This document shows, piece after piece, positions 26,252 to 32,000 of a stretch of 32,000 nucleotides of DNA. The stretch's first letter is position 1; the number at the start of each line of letters is the position of its first letter. The translations under genes and the position numbers were made by a program. Under the pieces are notes generated by a model that ran no database searches, was not told where the DNA came from, and saw only the letters and a list, made by a program, of their open reading frames with translations. The DNA is taken from positions 2,010,001 through 2,042,000 of the forward strand of contig NZ_CP011041.1 in NCBI RefSeq assembly GCF_002310835.1. The letters run 5' to 3'. Source of the stretch: Pseudoalteromonas tetraodonis (GTDB lineage Bacteria; Pseudomonadota; Gammaproteobacteria; Enterobacterales; Alteromonadaceae).

Positions 26252-28627
26252 TTGCCTATGTCGAACACTATCGATACTACTAAAGCGCTCGAAACTAAAA
26301 CGGATCAATTGAGTATAATCAATCAGTTCTCCTCTAGTTTATTGCAACTGAATACGTTAGAAGCGCTCTTTAGTTATGTCACCACACAAGTTGTTAATCG
26401 ACTTGGATTTGTCGACTGCGTGATTTATTTAGCCGATGACAGCCAATCTACGCTAAATCAAGTGGCGTCTATGGGTATTGAAAGCGAACACACTAGTTAT
26501 CAGTCAGAACGAAAGTTAATCCGCTTTAATGAGGGGATAACGGGCTATGCTGCATCAACTGGGCAAGCTTTAATAATAGGCGATGTAACTAAAGACAGCC
26601 GCTACATTGCTGATGAGCGCCCTGCGCAATCAGAGCTGTGTGTGCCTCTAATATATAAAGATAAAGTACTCGGCGTAATTGACTGTGAACACCCAATAAA
26701 AAATTACTTTACCAGTTCACATTTAGAAATTTTAACTACCGTTGCCCACTTACTAAGCGCAAAAATAAATCAAGTGAATACCGTCAACAGCTTGCAAGAT
26801 ACCGTTCGGCAACTTAATAATGCGCAAAAATTAGAAAGTAGCCTACTGCAAATAGCTAACTTAACCTATAAAGCACAAAATTTAGATACCTTTTTTAAAT
26901 CGCTGCATGTGATTATTGATAGCCTCCTTAATGCAAGTAACTTTTTTATTGCTTTGTATGATAAAAAAGAAGATGTTCTAGATTTTGTCTATACCGTTGA
27001 AGGCGGTGTACAAACAAACACGCATAAAATTATTTCAAAAGATCAGTTAAAAGAAACAGCCTCTTACTATTTATTAATTAACGAGCGCCCTTTACTGCTT
27101 AATAAAGAGCAATACCGACACTATATTGAGCAAGGCCACTTTAAATTGGTCGGTGAACTAGCAGACTCTTGGCTTGGTGTGCCATATAAAGTTAATGAGC
27201 GCATGAGTGGCGTTATTGTCGTACAAAGCTATGACAAGCAACATTACTACAACGAACATGATAGCTCGCTGTTGACGTATGTGAGCCGACAAATAAGTAT
27301 GGTTATAGACAGGCATTTAGCTCGCCAAGAACTCGAGCACAAAGCACTGCATGATGAACTAACAGGGCTTGCCAATCGTTCGTTACTAATAGAAAGAATG
27401 AAGCATGCAATTTTACGCTTGAATCGCGCTAAAAAAGGTACTTTTCATGCTCTGCTCTACCTTGATTTTGATCGCTTCAAAAGTATTAATGATTCGTTAG
27501 GCCATGAAGTAGGTGACCATTTTTTAATTGCTATTTGTAAATTGATTACTCAAACCGTTCGCAATACTGATACCTTTTCTCGCTTAGGTGGCGATGAGTT
27601 TGCTATTTTTATGGAAAATCTCAGTCATCGTGACCAAGTAAACGATGCCCTCGCTCGAATAAAAACCGCCCTGTCAGATCCCATTGATATTGATGGTCAT
27701 TTACTGCAACCCTCTACCAGTATTGGCGTTGCATTTAGCGATAATGTAAACGATGAAGCATTTGTTTTATTACAGCAATCAGACGCGGCTATGTACGAAG
27801 CAAAATCATCAGGGCGTGGCCAAGTTAAGTTTTTTAATAATGTCATGCGTAACAAGTTAAAAACACACGCCGACCTTGAAAATGATTTACAACACGGTAT
27901 TGAGCATGATGAGTTTGAACTGTATTTTCAGCCTATTTTTAACATTACTAGCAGTGACGTTATGGGGTTTGAAGCTTTAGTACGTTGGCATCACCCACGA
28001 AAAGGGTTTGTATCGCCAGGTGACTTTATCCCCATTGCAGAAAAAACGGGGCAGATTATCAATTTAGATTTGCATTTGCTCGACCTTGCAGCACAGCATA
28101 TCGCTTTATGGCAACAACAAGGGCATCGTTTTTTACGCGTTACGGTTAATGTTTCATCTCGCCACTTCGCAAGTTTAGAGTTTGTGGATCAGCTTCATGC
28201 AATCTACAAAAAACATCAACTACCTTTAGGCTCATTATGTCTAGAAATAACCGAATCGGGATTGATTGAAAATTTAGAGTTAGCAACACAAATTATTCAA
28301 GGATTATCGCCTTTAAAAGTATTGCTCTGTTTAGATGACTTTGGCACCGGTTACTCTGCCCTTGGTTACTTGCATCAACTGCCTATTCATGTCCTTAAAA
28401 TTGATAAAAGCTTTATCGATAATTTAAAAACCACAGTCAATCCATTGATTGATGCTATTTTAACCTTAGCCATTTCATTAGATCTTATTGTTATAGCAGA
28501 AGGGATAGAAAGCCCTGAACAACTCGCTATTTTGCAAAAAACCCAATGTGATTATGGCCAAGGCTTTTTAAAGTCTAAACCTGTTACAGCAAAAGAAGCT
28601 ATTTTACTAATACATAGCCCTCTTTAA
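26252..28627 (+). CDS. GAF-GAF-GGDEF-EAL c-di-GMP signalling protein
   Basis: 791 aa with two N-terminal GAF-like regions. The GGDEF domain has intact LGGDEF, with RNTD 5 residues upstream. The EAL domain carries FEALVRW, DDFGTGYS, KIDKSF, AEGIE and QGF. The start may be TTG 26252 (SD spacing 10 nt) or ATG 26258. Confidence 0.9.
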   Translation: MPMSNTIDTTKALETKTDQLSIINQFSSSLLQLNTLEALFSYVTTQVVNRLGFVDCVIYLADDSQSTLNQVASMGIESEHTSYQSERKLIRFNEGITGYAASTGQALIIGDVTKDSRYIADERPAQSELCVPLIYKDKVLGVIDCEHPIKNYFTSSHLEILTTVAHLLSAKINQVNTVNSLQDTVRQLNNAQKLESSLLQIANLTYKAQNLDTFFKSLHVIIDSLLNASNFFIALYDKKEDVLDFVYTVEGGVQTNTHKIISKDQLKETASYYLLINERPLLLNKEQYRHYIEQGHFKLVGELADSWLGVPYKVNERMSGVIVVQSYDKQHYYNEHDSSLLTYVSRQISMVIDRHLARQELEHKALHDELTGLANRSLLIERMKHAILRLNRAKKGTFHALLYLDFDRFKSINDSLGHEVGDHFLIAICKLITQTVRNTDTFSRLGGDEFAIFMENLSHRDQVNDALARIKTALSDPIDIDGHLLQPSTSIGVAFSDNVNDEAFVLLQQSDAAMYEAKSSGRGQVKFFNNVMRNKLKTHADLENDLQHGIEHDEFELYFQPIFNITSSDVMGFEALVRWHHPRKGFVSPGDFIPIAEKTGQIINLDLHLLDLAAQHIALWQQQGHRFLRVTVNVSSRHFASLEFVDQLHAIYKKHQLPLGSLCLEITESGLIENLELATQIIQGLSPLKVLLCLDDFGTGYSALGYLHQLPIHVLKIDKSFIDNLKTTVNPLIDAILTLAISLDLIVIAEGIESPEQLAILQKTQCDYGQGFLKSKPVTAKEAILLIHSPL

Positions 28628-28632
28628 TTAAT

Positions 28633-28653
28633 AAGCCAGGGTTGCTGGCTTTT
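28633..28653 (+). terminator. Intrinsic terminator after the GGDEF-EAL gene
   Basis: AAGCCAG-ggttg-CTGGCTT followed by TTAAAAA, 6 nt after the stop. Confidence 0.6.
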
Positions 28654-29386
28654 AAAAATCACAGTAATTTCTTACACGCTTTTGCCAGCCCATTAGCTGG
28701 CTGTTCTATTGAATGCTATATGACTTATTTTGCCAACACTAACTCATGCAACGTCACTCTATAGCTTTTTGCAACCTGCTTAGAACTGCTTACTTAAGTA
28801 AGGGTCTATTTAACCAGTAGAAAACCTTATAATTAGTTTTATGTCACATTGTTCTTAATAAAAATCTTTAACCCCGTTAGCGAATGCTTTAATACATTAC
28901 ATTATTTAAAGGCGTATACGAATTGGTATTAATGTATGCCAATGAGTAGCCCCTAATCATTCAATCCTTGCATTCGCTGCTTTTTTCAATCGTATATCCT
29001 TTACACCTCAGTTGCGTTTACTGAGCTTTTGCCTGCCAAACCCTTCGCCGTAAATTTTAATTCGCATTTTAACCTCGCTATGAAACATCTAAATATTAAT
29101 GTCGCGCTATAACCTACTTATTTTAGAGAGTTACATGACAATAAAGTTATCTGTTACCAGAACAATAATCATTAATAAAAAACCCAAACAAACATGAGAT
29201 AAATTCAACAACAAATAAAAAACTAAACACTGTTTGACTCAACAAAGTTAAAAAACTTAATGTTCGCAGTAAAAAACACACTAAAGTGCAATTTTATAGC
29301 CATCCAGACGTTGAAACGGTTTTTGTAAAGGCGTAGTATGTAATGAATCTGAGCTATACTCACCATATCCATGAGATTTATTAAAG

Positions 29387-30274
29387 ATGATTGACATTAA
29401 ACACTTAAAAACAATTGCTACCCTTAAAGAAACGGGTTCTCTCGTCAATACAGCCCGCGAACTATTTTTAACTCAGTCAGCTTTATCACATCAAATCAAA
29501 GATTTAGAAAACAAATTAGACTGCCAGTTGTTTGAGCGTAAAACTCAACCAGTCCGATTTACACCTCAAGGTATGTTATTACTTGAATTAGCACACGAAA
29601 TATTACCTAAATTAGAAGCCACCAAGTGCCGACTCAAAGAAAGCCTAAACCAGCCTATTTCGCAGCTGCGTTTAAGCGTTGAATGTCACGCCTGTTTTCA
29701 TTGGTTATTGCCTACTATCAAAGAATTTAATAACTTTTGGCCTGATATAAAAATTGATTACGAGCGTGGCTTTAGTTACGACGCTATCCCAGACTTATTA
29801 AATGATGAATTAGATCTCGTGCTTACATCAGATATTCGCGACCCTGACAAACTCGAATACGCCCATTTGTTTGACTTTAAGCTGAAACTGATTGTGGCAC
29901 CAGATCACGACTTAGCGAAAAAAGCCTATGTAACTGCGCTTGATTTGAAAAGCGAAACTATTATTTCTTACCCTATTCCGCGTGAGCGCCAGGATATATT
30001 TAAGCATTTCATCCAAAATGCGCGTTTTGACGGCACGCTAAAAACGGTTGATCAAGGTTTACTTATATTTCAATTAGTCAGTGCAGGTATGGGTGTGGCC
30101 GCCTTACCCGATTGGTTAGTAACCCCGTATGAAAGCCAAGGGTTAATTAAGTCAATTCCACTGGGCGCGCTTGGTTTAACGCGTCCAATGTACTTAGCGA
30201 TGAAAAAAGATATGAAAGACAATCCAGTTTATCGTCACTTTTTAAACACCTGTAAATTAAATAACGGTCGATAA
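29387..30274 (+). CDS. metR: LysR-family methionine regulon activator MetR
   Basis: 295 aa. MIDIKHLKTIATLKETGSLVNTARELFLTQSALSHQIKDLENKL…RFTPQG… closely parallels the N-terminus of E. coli MetR. Confidence 0.85.
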   Translation: MIDIKHLKTIATLKETGSLVNTARELFLTQSALSHQIKDLENKLDCQLFERKTQPVRFTPQGMLLLELAHEILPKLEATKCRLKESLNQPISQLRLSVECHACFHWLLPTIKEFNNFWPDIKIDYERGFSYDAIPDLLNDELDLVLTSDIRDPDKLEYAHLFDFKLKLIVAPDHDLAKKAYVTALDLKSETIISYPIPRERQDIFKHFIQNARFDGTLKTVDQGLLIFQLVSAGMGVAALPDWLVTPYESQGLIKSIPLGALGLTRPMYLAMKKDMKDNPVYRHFLNTCKLNNGR

Positions 30275-30316
30275 ACCTTAAACTTATGAGTAACATGCTA
30301 ATAAATATACTTAACC

Positions 30317-31093
30317 ATGTTGCTCATTATGTTTGAACTAAAAAAAATACTGGGCGGCTTGCTCATGCCGTTACCTTTGTTGGGTTTAGTAAGCCTAATA
30401 TTACTTATTTTTGCGCTCAAACAACGAAAGGTCACAATCGCTTTATCTTTAATGAGCCTTGTAACTTTGCTACTTGCCAGCACCCCTTTGGTGGCCAACT
30501 TACTGATTAAAAATAGCCAACCAACCTCATTGGCATTTAATTATCTTAAACACCCCAATTTAGATAAAATTGTGGTGCTTGGCTGTGACATAAACCCCAA
30601 CCCTGCATTGAGTGCTAACAGCCAGTTAGGTAATTGTGCGTTAACCCGTTTGGTAGAAGGAATAAGACTTGCTAACATTTACCCTCATGCGCAACTGATT
30701 GTTTCAGGTGGGGGGTATGAAAAAGTCACCAACAGTGCGTTAATGTATAAAACCGCGATTAGCTTGGGTATTAATAAAAATCGTATTGTGCAAAATCCAA
30801 ACGCAATGGATACCGCCCAAGAGGCAAAACTTTTAGCCTCGAAACTCGTTGATTACAAGGTCGCTTTAGTCACCTCAGTAAGCCATATGCCCAGAGCAAA
30901 GAATTTATTTAATGCGCAAGGCATTAACGTTATCCCTGCCGCAACCGACTATCACAACTTTGCCGCTTTCCCTTGGTATAAACAACTCATACCCAATGCA
31001 AAAGCATTACTAGTAGTTACCCAGTATGCTCATGAAGTTATTGGCAATGCGTGGATAAATGTACGCCGTACAATTAACCCTGAAGCACTTTAA
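30317..31093 (+). CDS. elyC: DUF218 envelope-biogenesis factor ElyC/YcbC-like
   Basis: 258 aa. MFELKKILGGLLMPLPLL… followed by DUF218 blocks (…IVVLG…RLVEGIRL…LIVSGG…DT.QEA…LVTS.SHMPRA…) is colinear with E. coli ElyC. ATG 30329 is an alternative start. Confidence 0.8.
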   Translation: MLLIMFELKKILGGLLMPLPLLGLVSLILLIFALKQRKVTIALSLMSLVTLLLASTPLVANLLIKNSQPTSLAFNYLKHPNLDKIVVLGCDINPNPALSANSQLGNCALTRLVEGIRLANIYPHAQLIVSGGGYEKVTNSALMYKTAISLGINKNRIVQNPNAMDTAQEAKLLASKLVDYKVALVTSVSHMPRAKNLFNAQGINVIPAATDYHNFAAFPWYKQLIPNAKALLVVTQYAHEVIGNAWINVRRTINPEAL

Positions 31094-31124
31094 TTAAATT
31101 AACGCTTATTACGCTGGGTAAATT

Positions 31125-31165
31125 CCCCCTGTAAAACTGCGATTATTTGCGTTTTACACAGGGGG
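31125..31165. terminator. Long imperfect hairpin between convergent elyC and the DedA-family gene
   Basis: CCCCCTGTAAAAC…GTTTTACA(ca)GGGGG has a 13-bp outer stem with a 2-nt bulge and an inner GC pairing. The flanking T/A tracts are weak. Confidence 0.5.
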
Positions 31166-31245
31166 TTATTAAAAAATAAAAACTGAATATTCGTTTGTTT
31201 GGCTAAAATAACATCTTTAACTAAAAAATAGCGTTGGCTGTTTTG

Positions 31246-31821
31246 TTATTCTTGGTGAGCTTTAACCTCAGCTGTTTTATTCCAAAGCCGATACAGTGTT
31301 ACTAAAAATACGCAAAGAAATAATAGACTTAGTGCTGTTAAATTCTCAACACCTAAAGCATCAAAAGTAGCACCGAAAATGTAGCCTCCACCGACTAAAA
31401 CAATAACCCATAGCAGTGCAGAGCATCCATTTAACACACTAAAACGGCGCCAACTAATTGCTGTAAGCCCTACGGGAAGGGCACCAATCGTGCGTAATCC
31501 TTTAGGATAACGATATAAAAAAATGTAGGCTGTGCCATGGCGTTCAGCAAGCTCACTGGCTGTTTTGAATAATCGACCAAGGCGGCCTGGTTTTTCAAGC
31601 CATGCCGCGCCATACGCTCTTGCTAAAGCAAAACGTAATTCATCGCCCAAGTAGCCACCCATAAAAGCAGCCAAAGCAACAAAACCAACATCTAGTGCGC
31701 CAGTATGTGCAGCATAGCCTGCGAACAAAGGTAGCCATCCACTTTTTAACGCACAATAACCAAAAAGTAACAGATAAACCAACAACCCGTACTGCTCAAT
31801 TAAAGCTAATACCCCTTCCAT
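31246..31821 (-). CDS. DedA-family (VTT domain) inner-membrane protein
   Basis: 191 aa and polytopic. The motif …GGYLGDELRFALARAYG… is typical of DedA/SNARE-associated proteins. Confidence 0.8.
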   Translation of the reverse strand: MEGVLALIEQYGLLVYLLLFGYCALKSGWLPLFAGYAAHTGALDVGFVALAAFMGGYLGDELRFALARAYGAAWLEKPGRLGRLFKTASELAERHGTAYIFLYRYPKGLRTIGALPVGLTAISWRRFSVLNGCSALLWVIVLVGGGYIFGATFDALGVENLTALSLLFLCVFLVTLYRLWNKTAEVKAHQE

Positions 31822-32000
31822 TTCATTCCTTTAAAGTAACTACCTTAGTAGCAAGCAAAGTAACATTGTAATTTAAACGAGGTAAGTACAGCGAAAGATC
31901 TGTGTTTTTTGCAATATAAGAATGGATGTAATTATGATTTTAAGCGTAGGTTTATATCTATTACGTTTATTAAATTTTTGGGATGCATAAACCAAAAATA

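Noticed and set aside
31922-31990. 22-aa hydrophobic mini-ORF (MDVIMILSVGLYLLRLLNFWDA) upstream of the DedA-family gene.
   Set aside because: It has no Shine-Dalgarno, sits at the window edge and cannot be told apart from chance in AT-rich DNA.

Overview
This is a 32-kb chromosomal window from an AT-rich gammaproteobacterium. Gene content and order look Alteromonadales/Pseudoalteromonas-like, which is inference only. Most of it is conserved housekeeping synteny: yeaH-ycgB, a uspE-like gene, tpx, adk, htpG, recR, ybaB, dnaX, apt, dusC, pyrC, metR and elyC. It also holds three c-di-GMP/chemotaxis-type signalling genes, a cold-shock gene and a six-gene TonB2-type energy-transduction operon. The stand-out is a compact minus-strand operon (15884->13489). 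It encodes a Sec-secreted protein whose mature part is almost entirely 14 tandem GKCGE motifs, carried on six and a half 48-bp DNA repeats. Downstream are a DUF692/MNIO non-haem-iron oxidase, a DUF2063 partner protein and an unannotated 40-aa membrane peptide. A canonical intrinsic terminator sits between the precursor and enzyme genes, and a strong terminator ends the operon. I read this as a methanobactin/bufferin/Hvf-like system that modifies cysteines to make a poly-site metal-binding protein. Other sequence-level observations: an in-frame A AAA AAG slippery heptamer with a downstream hairpin in dnaX, 197 codons before the stop; a textbook sigma-32 promoter for htpG; a REC-CheC-like fusion co-operonic with a PAS-GGDEF cyclase; and several large ORF-free intergenic regions with nested dyads. 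I recognised no rRNA, tRNA, CRISPR array, transposase or integrase. All family assignments come from motif recognition by eye, because no searches could be run.
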